A stretch of 64,000 bases of DNA from Mayamaea pseudoterrestris (GCA_027923505.1 BROI01000017.1:558001-622000); one strand, 5' to 3'; positions 1 to 13,300 are shown, counted from the stretch's first letter. Made by a program: numbers and translations. The notes: generated by a model from the sequence alone, not told the origin.

Positions 1-132
1 GGAAAGCGCCGCCTGAGACGCTTCGACAAGATGGCATGCGTCTCGTCACACTTAACAGCTGCGTTGTTTTGCTCAAAAGACATTTTTCACACCCATCGGC
101 TAGACGTACGGCCCAAGGCAAGGTCCACATAC

Positions 133-2676
133 TCAGATTTCGCGCACAAACGTCAAGACACCAAACCGCGGATTCACGGTATCGATTCTTAGTCGCAGCT
201 TCGCACCCGGGTCAAGACGTGCTGCTGGGGACGTGTAACGATGTTCGAGACCCAGCTCTTCCACAAAAATGGCGTATCTTCTTCGCTCTGGATCGACCGC
301 ACCAAGTACGAGCGCCATGTACGTCCGGTCAGGTTCCTGCGTAGAAAGGCGTCGCAGGTATTCGTACAGCCAGTATTGCTGGGATTGGCGCTGAAGTGTG
401 CGCGCTGCGCCCTGCAAGCCCAATCCTTCGAGAGGGTTTGTGTCTTGATCCAGATCATGCCTACTAAAAGACATGTTCGCTAAGACGCCAACAGTTAAGG
501 TGCCATCCGGGAAGCCAAAATCGCTGTCCCGCAGCTGAACCGGAAGCAACTGCTCTTGCTCAATAAGAACGTATGCGCGTTCGCGTCGAAGGCACCGTTT
601 GATGGTTCGATGCGTCAAAAGATCACTGTAACGCCTAATTGGTGACGTCCATTGGACGTAACTTCTCAATCCTAGACCAGAATGCGGGCCAGGTTCGTCA
701 GCAATTTTTAGCGATTGTAAAAACCGACGTGCATACCAGGTATAGCAGTAGCCACCACCCACGTTATATTTCAAAAGATCTCTCGCGACTCCATGCTCCC
801 GAGCGCGAGATTTGAAATCAGGACTAGGTTGCGTTCGATAAGGTAAAGAAAGACTGTTTGGAAACTTCTTGGCAAGTGTTCTTTTTCGACCATTTTCCAA
901 GTTCTCCTTCCAAATTCCAATGCCTTCTCCAGCAACAATCATCGACTCTGTCACTAGCAGAGTCGCGTCGGAGACATGGGTACAATCATCGTTTGAGTCG
1001 TCGGTTTCGTCAACGACAGTCTGATTCCTTCCCGCATTATGAGAGACGTCAACCGAAAGTGAGATTCCGATACCATCTGGTGACGCTCTGTCTTTGTATG
1101 CTGTGATTGTTGAGAACGGAATTGGTTTGCGAACGACTCCTTCAATCGACCCATTTCTGACGCGATAATTTCTCCGTCTCGTTGCCATGTCGAACAATGC
1201 ACCCAATTCCCATTCCTCCTGGTATGCAACACCCTCGGAAAGCATTTCGTCTGCATCCTCATAAGTGAGTCGATAGTCAACTCTTATCAACGATGGGGTT
1301 ATGAGCACGCTGCTAGGATCTATCGATCCATCCTCATTCAGCTCCACTCCCATGGATAACGCGCACGCGTCTTGTCCCGCAATAAGCGACATGGCATCGG
1401 AACTCATTGTCGAAGGAAGCATAGGAAAAGTTCCTGTAGGCAGGTACAATGATGTGAAACGCTTTCTCGCTACATTGTCCCACAACTCCGTCGTCATGTG
1501 GCGTTCGGCGTCAGCGATGTGAATCCAGTACCTTTGCTTCGTTGCTCCTCCATCGCGTCGTATGATTTCAACCGAGACACCGTCATCAATTTCGGATGTG
1601 GAAGCGCCATCTATTGTAAACATTTTGAGATGACGCAAATCTCGTCGGATACCCAAAAGCGCGTCAACATCCTCCTTGGGATTTTTGGCAGCGATCTCCG
1701 CCGCTTGTATCTCTCGTCGTGAGAAATGGATTGGAAAGCCGCTCCGAAGAAGAGCAAGGTCTTCATGCTTTGTAAACACACGCATCTCCAAAAGTAGATC
1801 GAAGGCACCCTGCGGTGTGCGCTTGTATAAAAGTGTACCAAGGAGCTCGATTGCCGGCGTCCGGTCTACTCGATACTTGAGACGCCGTATGCTATCGCTG
1901 TTCCACGATTCCAAATCCTGCATTGCTAGACTAGTATCGAATCTATCATCCAAATGTGCGACAAGCTTTCGAAGCTGCTCCGGATGCCCGGTAAGTCCAA
2001 CCTGGGTCGCTAGTACCAACAGCGATTGGACGACCATGACGGCTGCTGCTAGCACATCGTCTTTTAGCTCGCAAATCTTTTGCTCAAGTCGCTCGTCCAC
2101 GTCCACACCTTCTAGTATAAGTAGAGATTCATAATCTATAAAAATTGACTCGAGTAGTTCCTCGCCTCTCGTTTCGCAGGTCATGTCTCGAAAGCGGCCT
2201 TGCACGTGATAAGGAACGCTGTCACCTTGAACTTCCTGCAACAATTTTGGTTGCTGCTGCATGCGCATTTGTCTCTTTACAAGTCTTGCAGCAAGCTTGA
2301 CACCATGTTCCTGTACAAAGTCGCAGTCAACCGACGTTCGCGGATACCAAACTGGAGATTCCGGTTCATCCTGGTATACTTGAACAAGAGAAAAGTCTCG
2401 TCTTTTGCCCAAGCTGATTCTTCCTGTTGCAAAGTGACATGAGCTCTTGCTGTGAACGCTGCAGCTATTTTGAGAATAATGCCCAATAGCTCGGTTTACT
2501 GCGTTTGATGATCCAGGTAAAGACCAAGAATAGACCTTGGAGGGCAAAATTGCAAAAGACAGAAGAATTGGCAGCATGAATAGGAGAAGGGAGCTGCGAC
2601 ATAAATGATTAAAGCAGCGTCGCCGACAATTTTGTGCGGTGAGTACACGTCTACCCTCTGCATTTATGCGAGTCAT
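133..2676 (-). CDS. RNase II/RNB-family 3'-5' exoribonuclease, probably organelle-targeted (start ATG either 2676 or 2577)
   Basis: Long intronless ORF with RNB motifs FTIDGASTSEIDDG and YVQWTSPIRRYSDL. Hydrophobic segment MLPILLSFAILPSKVYSW resembles a signal peptide. Confidence 0.88.
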   Translation of the reverse strand: MTRINAEGRRVLTAQNCRRRCFNHLCRSSLLLFMLPILLSFAILPSKVYSWSLPGSSNAVNRAIGHYSQNSCSVHSKSSCHFATGRISLGKRRDFSLVQVYQDEPESPVWYPRTSVDCDFVQEHGVKLAARLVKRQMRMQQQPKLLQEVQGDSVPYHVQGRFRDMTCETRGEELLESIFIDYESLLILEGVDVDERLEQKICELKDDVLAAAVMVVQSLLVLATQVGLTGHPEQLRKLVAHLDDRFDTSLAMQDLESWNSDSIRRLKYRVDRTPAIELLGTLLYKRTPQGAFDLLLEMRVFTKHEDLALLRSGFPIHFSRREIQAAEIAAKNPKEDVDALLGIRRDLRHLKMFTIDGASTSEIDDGVSVEIIRRDGGATKQRYWIHIADAERHMTTELWDNVARKRFTSLYLPTGTFPMLPSTMSSDAMSLIAGQDACALSMGVELNEDGSIDPSSVLITPSLIRVDYRLTYEDADEMLSEGVAYQEEWELGALFDMATRRRNYRVRNGSIEGVVRKPIPFSTITAYKDRASPDGIGISLSVDVSHNAGRNQTVVDETDDSNDDCTHVSDATLLVTESMIVAGEGIGIWKENLENGRKRTLAKKFPNSLSLPYRTQPSPDFKSRAREHGVARDLLKYNVGGGYCYTWYARRFLQSLKIADEPGPHSGLGLRSYVQWTSPIRRYSDLLTHRTIKRCLRRERAYVLIEQEQLLPVQLRDSDFGFPDGTLTVGVLANMSFSRHDLDQDTNPLEGLGLQGAARTLQRQSQQYWLYEYLRRLSTQEPDRTYMALVLGAVDPERRRYAIFVEELGLEHRYTSPAARLDPGAKLRLRIDTVNPRFGVLTFVREI

Positions 2677-2958
2677 GCTATGGGCCGACTTGATCTGCGT
2701 CCGATGTCTTTCCTTTATTCTAGTACAAGTGCGTGAATGGAGAGGATGAAAAAGTGGAGGTGATGGACGCGAAATGGCGCGCCAATCTGTCACAGCAGTA
2801 ACGCTACGACTACATCTTAACCGATGAGACACATTTTTGCCAAACAACCAGCAATTACGACTATGATTCCATCATGCATGATGTGATGCTCTATATGTGG
2901 CCAAACGAATCGAAAACTACAATGGCTGACACTGCTCGAGAAACGAAATCCTGCCAAG

Positions 2959-4557
2959 ATGCCTTTAACGCGACATTTTAGCTGTCTCTTGCTTCTGCTT
3001 GCCTTTCTGATTATCTGGACGATTGGCATCCTCTTTGGACTCTCCACCCGAAACCTGCAGGCATGGGACACATCAGCTTTTGTCATGAAAGGCATGGCTC
3101 TTGCTGACATAACAAAAAGGAATACAACTTTAAATGAGACTGATTGCTATCAACCAGCTCTTCGCGCTAAGGCTCTGGCTCGAGAACATGTAGAGTGTCG
3201 TGACAAGGAACGGCTTCTCGACATTATCATTGACTCGCACCAGTCCGACAGTTCGGACCTTTTATCAAGCAAACTTGCACAGAAAACGTGTCGAATACTT
3301 CCGAAATTCTCTCAAATAACCAGCATTTACGGCAAAGGACCTTTTGTGGTTGGTTTGGAAACTTGTCGGGCGTACCAAGATTCGGTGCATCCGCTCATGG
3401 ACCCAATGCCAAGGGTGGCTGGACTGTACCATTCTGGCACCAATGCACTCTCCAAAACACTCGAGGCTAACTTGGGAATGATGCGTTATACTAGCGAGTA
3501 TAATCCTTACGAAGTACCGGTACGTAATGCTTGTATCTTGTTCCTTCGCTGACAGAAATTGCAAACAATATACCATCAATTTGTCTTCGTCTTATCTTAC
3601 TCAATTCTGTCTTCCATTTTTCAGTGGGGTAAACACGTTCCTGTTCAGTACCGCAGCATGAACAAGTTTCCGCCCGATAATTCCGAAATGCCCGAGCATG
3701 TATTACCCATTGTCGTCGTCCGCCATCCGCTCGATTGGATGCGCAGCATGTGTAGAGAAGGTTATGATGCCAAGTGGATGACTCGACCCAAGCGAAATTG
3801 TCCCAACTTGTTTCGACGGTTTGGTAGCAGCGAAATAAAAAACAAGGTTCATGTCAGGACGCATCAGACGGGGTTCAAGTATACCGACTACTACGACACG
3901 CTGGCCGACATGTGGACCGACTGGCATTGGGCTTATCTTAACGCGAGCTTTCCACGATTGTTGATTCGGTACGAAGACTTGGTTCTGTATCCGCAGCAGC
4001 TTGTCCGCATCATAAGCGAGTGCTCTGGCAAGCCTGCCAAACCTATATTTCGGTATTATACCAAGGAGGCCCGAGTTTTCGTCAAGGATGATATTCCACC
4101 GCATCCCCAGCAAAGTTTGATACAAGCACTACAGAAGCTGGGAGAACGGGACGACATGTATTGGACGATGAAGGAGCCTTCCAGGTCGTATGCCCTTCAG
4201 GCTCTGGATCCAGCTATCCTCGACCGCTTTCAGTATCAGCATTTGAATGATGTCAGGGTACCCAAAACTCGGCAGGAAGATGCCCCATCGCGCCTGTCGA
4301 GTCTACTGCGACCGAGGAGAAGGTATGCAAGCGCTCGGCCATCTATCACGGATCAGTTGCGTTGGTTTGCAAGTCGCCTTTTTGCATCAATGGGTGGGTG
4401 GTATCTGGACTCGGGGGAGCACTACAACCAACAACGTACAATAGCACCGACTATCATTAAGCATCGCAATGCTCAAATTTCCGCCGCCTTGGAAGCCAAG
4501 ATTGCCGAGATACGTGTCCGCCAGCAGGCACAACTGAAGCAACAGCACGACGAGTAA
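2959..4557 (+). CDS. Sulfotransferase-like (P-loop) type II membrane protein, 2 exons
   Basis: N-terminal TM helix. Motifs GLYHSGTN, VPWGKH, RHPLDWMRS and RYEDL. Intron 3520..3624 (GTACGT..TTCAG) joins the two ORFs in frame (VP|WGKH). Confidence 0.7.
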
Positions 4558-4820
4558 TTGAAGCCGCGGCATGAGCAGCTTCGCATCTCTTAATCATACA
4601 AGACGCAGACAGCATGACTGAAGGCGACTGAAGGCAAGACAAACCAACGATGTGTAAAGCGAAGGTAGCGGTCTCCACTTTTTGCATAAGGAAAAGTCAA
4701 CTGGCCTATTTGATGATCCGATTAATGCACAATGCACCACGTGAAACGATATGTAAGAATGAGCTTTTGCCGACAAGACCGATAAATTACATATAAAAAG
4801 TTAACAATTTCGCTATATAG

Positions 4821-5333
4821 TTATTTGCCATACTTGGCCAAGAGTTCATCGCGACGATTCTTTGCCTCTTGCGCATACGCCTGAGCCGCCATAAAGGTGC
4901 CGTTGATGCCTTGGTCGCTCGCTTTGAGGTCCGGATGGGCGCAGCCGTACATGGGCTATATGTTACCAATAAAGAACAATGAGTGAGCGAAATAGATTGC
5001 AAACGAATGTAATCAACAAAGAAGCAGTTTTGAAACAAACCGAACAAATTCTGATGACAACGTACGCGGTCCGTAATGAGGTAGTCTCCGCCAAGCATTT
5101 GCTTCAAGCTAAGAGTTGGCTTTGCTCTTTCATTTCTAAATTGTATCGCGCCACGTGATGTTCTAAACAAAGAAAGAGTAGACATAAAAGTTAAGAAACA
5201 TTGACCCAGAACGCAGCGGCAGCCTCAAAAGCTCCATCCAAGCAACGTACAATGAGACGCGAGCTCCCATCGTCTCATCCAGTCCAGACTGAGTCTCCAT
5301 CCCCCTGCGCGCAAGATCCGCAATAAAAGACAT
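4821..5333 (-). CDS. Small 86-aa hypothetical protein, 3 exons (5333-5251, 5108-5066, 4955-4821)
   Basis: Manual splicing: two GTACGT..TAG introns (5250-5109, 5065-4956) give an uninterrupted frame MSFIADLARRGMETQSGLDETMGARVSFLKQMLGGDYLITDRPMYGCAHPDLKASDQGINGTFMAAQAYAQEAKNRRDELLAKYGK*. Confidence 0.72.
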
Positions 5334-5540
5334 AATTATCTGAAAGTGAAGATACTTGTGCCGACTATAGAAGACGCGCTGTTTGCTCTTGTTTGGCAAT
5401 TGGGGTGCTTATCGTCTCGCACCGTCGTCGTCGATGACGCTAGACTTTGACTACCGGTACGACATGACGACAAGCTTCGTTAACGGTACGACATTTTAAC
5501 GACACGAAGATCGCCACCCGCGACGCAACGCGGGACGGCC

Positions 5541-6883
5541 ATGGCGCGCGGAAGTAGTCGCCATCGCAACAACCATTACGGCTCATTTGGTATATCTTGG
5601 AAGTGGGAATATCTCGAAAGTGCTCATATGAAGGAAATACAACTATTTCTGGTGCCAGAACCTGGTAAAAAGCCAGAGTTTTTAGCGACTGTCATTCCAA
5701 TAGATCCGGCGCCCATCGCTCTCAAGCAGTGGCAGACTTTACCTTCAAAGATTGTTTTGGAAGGTACGACAACGAAGACAAATTCCTCTTAAAAGGATGC
5801 AAGTAAATCTCTATCAGCGAAAGATGACATTCTGACCTATATCGTTCATTTTCAGCCTATACTCGCGACGCTTGGGCGTGGAAACCAAATTCTAAACTGC
5901 AAGCAATGAGCGTCAAGTCAACTGACGGACGGAACAAACTACCTGGATTTGTAGGATATTTGAAGCAGCGACAAAAGTCTGCATATGGAAGATTTCCTAC
6001 AAGAGGTGTCTTGATTGTATCTTACATTCAGTCATCCAAGGAAACCGATAGGATGGACTGCACCATCACGATGGACTTTGCGGATCTTCCCAACTGTGAA
6101 CTGAAACCAATGCCAGCAGCTGCGCAACAGCAACAACAAGCTGCTGCTATTCGACCCTCGTTAGCTACAGCGACTGTAGGAAAGAAGACTGGTTTACTGG
6201 GAAAGTTGGTGAGCGGAGCGCAACGGACGCAACAATCCATGCTTGCGACGGCCAAGTCGAATGTACAGCCAATTCCTACTGCCAGCATTAACGACAACCA
6301 AGTAACGAATTCTGACACCGCAATCGCGGCTTCCAATGCATCTGAAGCACTTACTCGTACTGCGCAGCAAGTACTGGCAGAGTTTCGAGAGTCTATGCAA
6401 CAAAGAATGCTGGACTTTGAACTCGCTCCGGACGAATGCACCAGGATTGAACTCTCATTGCCAGAATACATTGCTGGTCTTAACGATGATGAAAAGCCTC
6501 GCGTCACCATGGATGTGCTCAAGTATATGGTATATGAAGCTGCCGAGGAAGTTGACGAAGAATGGATCGCCTACAAGGAGCCGAGCGAGTTTATGGACGA
6601 GTGCGTCATTACAGTCTACAAGGAGGGAGCGGCGCCACCAGAAGTATTGGAGGAAACCAACCGAGCCGAATTGCCAGAAGAAGTGCGAGGACAGGAGCGT
6701 GCGATTGCACAAGAAAGGCAGCGGCAGTTGGAGCGCCAACAGATGCAGCAGCAAAAGTTTACGCAGAATCAAGCTCACAAACAACATATCAGCGATGAAG
6801 CTGACGAATTGGAAGCGTTGAATACGCATAAGCGAGATCGAAGAACGATTGAAGATTACGAACGCGAGAGACGGGCCCGATAG
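5541..6883 (+). CDS. Hypothetical protein with SPOC-like N-terminus and SPAG7/R3H-like C-terminus, 2 exons (start 5541 or 5628)
   Basis: Intron 5764..5855 (GTACGA..TTCAG) joins ORFs 5541 and 5906 in frame. C-terminal EFRESM..LDF, VYKEGAAP and HKRDRRTIED recall SPAG7 (from memory, not aligned). Confidence 0.6.
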
Positions 6884-7118
6884 ATCGTTTCTGGGCAATG
6901 CGGAGTAACTTCGCACAAAATGACAAGTGGGAAATACCACGTTTATAGCTTGACACTCGATTGCATTCAAGTATGAGCTCTCTAGCAGAGTGTTTTAATG
7001 CCAAAAGACTCTGTCGGAAATTTCGCTGAACGGTATATTTCTAAATCGCTCATTTTGTAATCAATTACTTGCAGCAGTCCTCGTACTAGCCTGCGTAATA
7101 CTATCAGATGACGAGAGC

Positions 7119-7312
7119 CCCACCAGAGTTCCCCGCTCGTTGCCAGGCTCTAAAGTTAAATTGCAGAAGACCAGGGGTGTCGGTTGAGACCCTGAAATCA
7201 TACATGTTTCTCAAGGGTTGCTTGGACCTTTGTATTGGAGGCATACCGCTTCGTTCCGGGCTTCAGAGCGCTTCGTTCAACGTTTTTACTGGTGGGCGAC
7301 GTGTTACAGTCG
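7119..7312 (-). ncRNA. Candidate structured RNA of unassigned family (or a 3'-UTR structure)
   Basis: Three nested helices (7119-26/7289-96, 7138-42/7278-82, 7147-55/7261-69, the last needing a G.U only on the minus strand) plus two local hairpins. Confidence 0.35.
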
Positions 7313-7376
7313 GGCACTTTTTTACATGTAAAGGAATAACATGCGAATAATGCTCATTTTATTATTATAAAAACGG

Positions 7377-10300
7377 TTAGATATACAAAAAGCTTGCCAA
7401 TAGACCATTAGTCGTCGCCCTTAAATTTTCAAGCTCGTGCAAATTCGACAAACTGCGCAACAACTCTAACTCGGAATGCATTTCCTCCTTGGTGATATCG
7501 AGCTTTAAACCTGCCGAGCAGTCGGAGAACGGGGCGAGTGCTCGCGTCGACACTCGATTGGTCTTAACGCATCGCAAGTCTTGGAGTTGATAGCGCGCCA
7601 CCTTTCGTTGCACTAAATTAATGAGCCGCTTTTCAATCGTCGTCACGTCGTAAGGCGTTTCGCAATCGCATATCCAAGCCTTGCGATACTCTTCATCGTC
7701 GGCATCACGAGGCGGGACGTAGCAAAGGTTTAAGTCCTTCGTCTCGTTGCACTCTAAGCAGAAGACGTCGGGCAAAATGAAGCTTGGACAAGGATTTTTC
7801 CACTGAGCAGCCTTGGCGTATTCAGCTACGCCAACCTGAGCAAGTAGACTCCTCTTCAGCGACTGCACTTCAATTTCTAAGTCGGTATCAAGCTCCAGGA
7901 TGGCAACGACATTTTTGATGAATTCAAGTGCCGGGACGATTGGTCCACCATGGCTAGAAGCGAGCGGCGGTTCAACTCGATTTTCCTCGCCATCCTTCAA
8001 AATGTCGTCGACGGCGCGAGTGCAAAGCGAAGCAAAATGTTTTGATACCATCTTCTTTCGATATTCCAATAACTGCTGTGTTCGAGCTTGTTGCGTCGAA
8101 AACGTGCTCAACACGTCTGCTCCTTCCAAGCTAATCTGACGCTCCAGCACCGACTTGCTGAAGCGACTGATAACCAGTTTAAAGTATTCCTGCGCGATGT
8201 CACTGCCAAGATAGTTAAGGAGCGACCAGTCAAAGTCACCCATGGCTATTACTACAGTGCCTTCTTCAACGCTATCATCTGGAACGACAATAGCTTTCAA
8301 ATCCTCTACTTCATCGCTCGCCACGCGTCGAAGGATCATGGAGCTCAGGTTGTATTCATCCAAAAAGACGAGCTGCGAGTGAAACAGCGTTGGACGAAGA
8401 GAAATTCTGGCCAACGCATCACCTAGTCCAGGGTTGTCAGATGCACGTTTGCGAATTGTCGATACAACAAAATCGACATACTCCTCCGCTTCCGAAAGAT
8501 GCACCTTGTTGGTGGCGATCGTGATCTTCGTGAACGACGCGAAGACGACTGAACAACCCAGGCGCTGTAGCTCGCCCAGCAAACGAAGAAAAGTAGCTTT
8601 CATTAAACCGTGCAAAACCCGGTGCAACGCTGGATCATGCAGCAGCGAATCAGGATTTGAGAAGAGGCGGTAGATGTGATGAAGTAGTTCATCGGCCACC
8701 AGACTGTTTAGTGTGAATGCATCTTTTAACCAGCCGCAGATGAGACCTCGAACTAAAGAGAGCGAGACAGACGTAGCTTGTTCATCGCCGAGTGGGCTGC
8801 ATAAAGCGCTCTTGGCTGCGTTGACAGCGAAGTCAAACTGAGCCACACTGGTCGGCGAGTCCACAGCGCCCTGTCCAGCCGACATTATGTTGAGAGTCGG
8901 CATGCTCGAAACAGTGTCAGTAATCGCCGCGATCGCCAGATCTTGTAGGTCAATGTCAACACAAACGAATCTATAGCATCCTGGGCGGCGCACAACCGGA
9001 CTGAGCATGTCATCGTCTCCCCAAATCTCGTCCTGACTATATGTATGAGCGTCGACGTCAACTAAGGGGAATATGCCGCCTCCGGCAGATGGCAGAAAGT
9101 TAATCCCGAGATTCGGACGACCAGGAACAACACTAGCCCAAGACAAAGCTCGATTCTTTTGTAGCATTCTGGACAGGGTGGTGTCATAGGTCTCCAAAAT
9201 TTCATCATCCCCGAGATTGCCCAGCGGTATCTGACCGTACCGAGCGTAGCTGATACGTTTGGGAAAAGCAATTACGACGGAAAACAGATATGCTTCGAGA
9301 CCCAACTGAATAGACGGCAGCTCCCAATTTAGAGGCGGAAGGCTTGATATCGCGGGATTGTGAAGTGGTCCTGGTGGGAAAGGGAGCGGCACAATGGGGA
9401 GTGAACCCAGCGACGACACATAGCGGCGCAGAAGTGATGTCGCCTTGCTGCTGGTACACATAACAAAAGTTGGGCCATGGTTGGATTTTGACACAGCGCT
9501 TATAGCTTCATTGGCACCTGCTAATGCAAGGGGCTCACTCTCAACAAAGCGAATGGACCCGATTTGAATGTTGCTCATCGATGAAACGCACGCGTATTCC
9601 GTATCGTTGCCTGTTCCCTCAATTGTTTCCATCAACTCTTGGATCGTTCGCTGACACTGTTTAGACGAGACATTCTTTTGAGCTCCAGGCTTGACAACCC
9701 AAATATGACATGTGGCGCCAACATCGAATGAATTGGGGCCAGCAGCGGACGGACGAGCGGCATCAACTGCTTCATTCGGTCCATCAATGGTGAACAGGCA
9801 CACCAGACCGGTCTTCAAGCGAGGGTGTATCCTCACATACAGATAGAGTCGCTTGAATGCATCAAATTGGCTGAGATACTCTCCATCCGACGGACGCTCC
9901 ACGCGAGACAAATCCGTGAGTGCATAAGTTTTCGATCCTTTCGCTCCAGAAGCTGAGGAAGACAGCTTAGAAATACATCCTATGTGGTTAACAGCGGCCT
10001 GTAACAAAGGCACCCCAGTTTCAAACATTGTTTCGAATACACTTCCATCCTTGCCAACAAAGCTTGGATTAAATGGGCGGATATTTTTGATCCACTCTTG
10101 TTTCTGGAATTCATACTCCGGCATAGTGACTTCGTATACGAACAGGGCTGCTTTATTGTGCGGCAAATGCTTCTCTACTCTCTTGAGATCCAGAGCGCTA
10201 GATTGGAGTTCGAAGCGAGACGAGATGAAAAATACTCGGGGCACTGATACTTTGATCCGTTGCAGTTGGTTGCCCACCATGACGAACACTGCAAGATCAC

Positions 10301-13300
10301 CCGAAGTTGAAGTTTTAGACAGTTGACCTACAGCGTCAAAGCCTGTCATTCCTCTAATCTCGACGATATGCCATTCTTTTGACGACATGTTGTTTGCTGC
10401 GTCCTGGACGAATCTGTCAATGGTCACTGCCGTTCTTGCCCGCTTTTCGTGTCCTCGGCTACCAGTCAACGTTTCCATCCTCTTCTCGCTTCTAGTTCGC
10501 CGCCAAGACGTCTTCTTTTGACGGAGCCACGCGGGAAAGTTATCTACTGAGAGCTGCACACGCTCTTCTGTCTTTGGCTCAGCCGCAGGCTCTGCTTCTG
10601 TTTCCGCTTGAATGGTAAGAGCTCGGCGGTGGGAGTGCACCACCGGCCGTTTGCCGCCACTGCTGGAGGTTCCGAAATCTTCGATATCTCCAAGCCTAGT
10701 CGCTTTGGTATCATTAGCAAACTTTTGGAACATTTCTCCTAGATTTTTCTGTTTGAAACGATCGTTCAAAGTGTTAACTTTTGACTCCAGCCAGCCAGGA
10801 TGCGCGACTCGAGGAACCGGATTCGCGATCTTCTGCAAAGCTGCAGGGATGGTAATAATCTTTCGAATAGTATTCGATAAGCGTTCTCGATAGTAATCCC
10901 AATCCAAGATGTTGCGTATGTCAAGCGCGTTACCGTCAAGTCCTGGATCTTTAAGCCATTTTCGCAGATAATGTTTGGTTACAGCCTCGCTTCCCGCGCT
11001 CCAAATAGCAATTGGAATCGCTCTATCAGTGACAGGGGCGCCGTAAGGTTGTTCAGCAATAATAAATCGACAGCTTAACCCCTTATCCTTGATGACATCT
11101 GCACCAAGGAACTCTCCAAGTCGACGAGCTGTAGTTAGAGCTGTTCCTTTTTGATCGGCTCCATAATTATCAAGTTGTCGACTCATATTTTTGTTCTCGC
11201 AAATTAGTTCAACGAGCTCTTCATCGCCAAGACTTTCTCCTCGAGTATCTATCACGTCGATCCAATGGTTCGCGACATCGGCAGCAGCTGCGTAACACTG
11301 TTCGAGGGTCTCACCATCCAAAAAGCGTCTGAGCAACAATACGAAACTGATTATTAACAATGGCTTCCTTTTCGCCTCTAGCACAGAATATTTGCAGTTT
11401 CCCACTTACTCGAACACTTGGGATTGGAATGTCTTGATAAGCTCGAGCTCGCCTCGTCGCTTTAATTCAAAACCCTTCAGTTCCGCTAGCGATTTGTCGA
11501 AATTAAAGACGGCGTATCGCTTCTTCAAAAGCTTGCCCTCCTCAGTACTGGCCGGGAGAAACATGCATCGATATGGCCCGTCAACTTCAAAGAAGATTGA
11601 GCACTCACTGCGAGTGTTATAGACGCCGCGTTCAGGATCTTCCAGTGTCTGATACTGATGATTCGTGAAGGTATCGTGGACAGCAGCGTTAAGCATCACG
11701 CATGGATATTCAAGCTTCATCTTGGAACCATCTGCGAGTTCGAACGTATACACATCGGGAAAACTAATCGGAAGGATACACCAGATACCATCGGTATCCA
11801 ATTCAATCGGCCGGCCAATTTGCTCGACCAAAATTCGTGCTTGGGTGATAATATCGGCGCCCGTTTTTGTAACGATTCCCGCCATCTCCATCGACCGCCA
11901 GCGAGCCCCTTTGCGCATGACGTACCCGTAAAAACTATCAAGCAAAAACACGTGAGCAAAAAGGTAGATAGTGGCGTCAGCAAATCCAGGAAACTGCGCA
12001 TTTCTTACCTGTTGAGAATACATTTGTGAGCCACTTGGAGAGAGTCGTAAACAAGTACTTTGTCCTCGCAAAACTTCTTGGTCGCCGCATCTTTGGCGGA
12101 TGCAACCTTTTTCTTCCAAGACTTATTTGCGCTCTTGTATTCGTAGCGACGGTCACGAAATTGCCGAACCGTATCCACATAGAAATCATTCTCTCGCATA
12201 CAAACGACGTCCTCGCGGGTAATTTCTTCCGTAATTTTGGTTTTTTTGTAAACGTTGCGACTGTAATCTTTCAATCGCTTGGCGACAATGGCAGCCTGGT
12301 CCTTCTCAGGCAGCTGACTGAACAATGTACCGTCTATGATTTCGCGAGAAAGCTGATCTCGGGTGCGATCGTAATCGTTCTTGGACGCCGGGTTGTAGTC
12401 TCCTCTCCATATCCATTCCATTTTACGTTTGCAGCCGTTCTTCGTCTGGTTAAAGTCGCAAGCCGCACAAGTCGCATCATCGACAATGGCACTTGGTTGC
12501 AATCGGTTTGTTAATATGATGTTCGGATACATAGCACCCACATCCCTGAAAAAATATAGTATCGCAGTCTGTAAGTGAGATGCAGCTCATGATTGACATA
12601 GACATTCAAGCGGAAGAATCTCTTACAAATGGTACACGTAAGGGCGCTCCTTTCGTTTCGGTCTTTCACGGAGTTCTTCGAGCTCTTTGATAATTGTTCT
12701 TCGAATCTTTAAGGTGTCAAGGCGAATGGTAGATGAGTAAGAATTTGAATTGTGATGGTGGCCCAATCTTCAGCTCTTTGTTCATTTACCTCGTCATAGT
12801 TGACAACGTCTTCCCTGCGCTTGTCGCCTTCCACTTCAATTGCGAAACACAAATCTCGGTCAACGTTCCCAATTAGCTGATCAAATGCCGCCGGCTTCAG
12901 GTCGAAGTCATATTCCAGGTCGCTTCGGTAGACACCAGCTTCGAGACACTCAACCTTGCCGCCAATGTAGGTTTCGCTTTCTAGCAAGTGTCCTTGATGA
13001 AAGTCGGCGAGTGAATCAGTTTGCTTATTTGGGCAGATGATGCCCTTTTGACAAGCCTGGACCATTAGTAGCGCCTCGCATAGAGTGCCTGATCCTTTGC
13101 GCAGCACGTCTTCAGGTCCCATTGGAATAATCGTGCAGAGGGAAAATATAAAGAGGTGGACGTATTTTTCGTGAAGATAGTATGTCGAGACGGCATCTGA
13201 TACAGAATACGTCGCCATGTGCACTGGTTTTTCTTGCGCATAGCGGACCATATCCTCAGGATCTACTTCGACTGGATCATAGCCAAGCTTGTACTTGGTG

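Noticed and set aside
7169..7200. TPP riboswitch (ACCAGGGGTG..TGAGA-CCC on the + strand)
   Set aside because: Only the 5' half resembles the aptamer; the CCUGA..UAAU..GCG-AGGGA half is absent and the neighbours are not thiamine genes.
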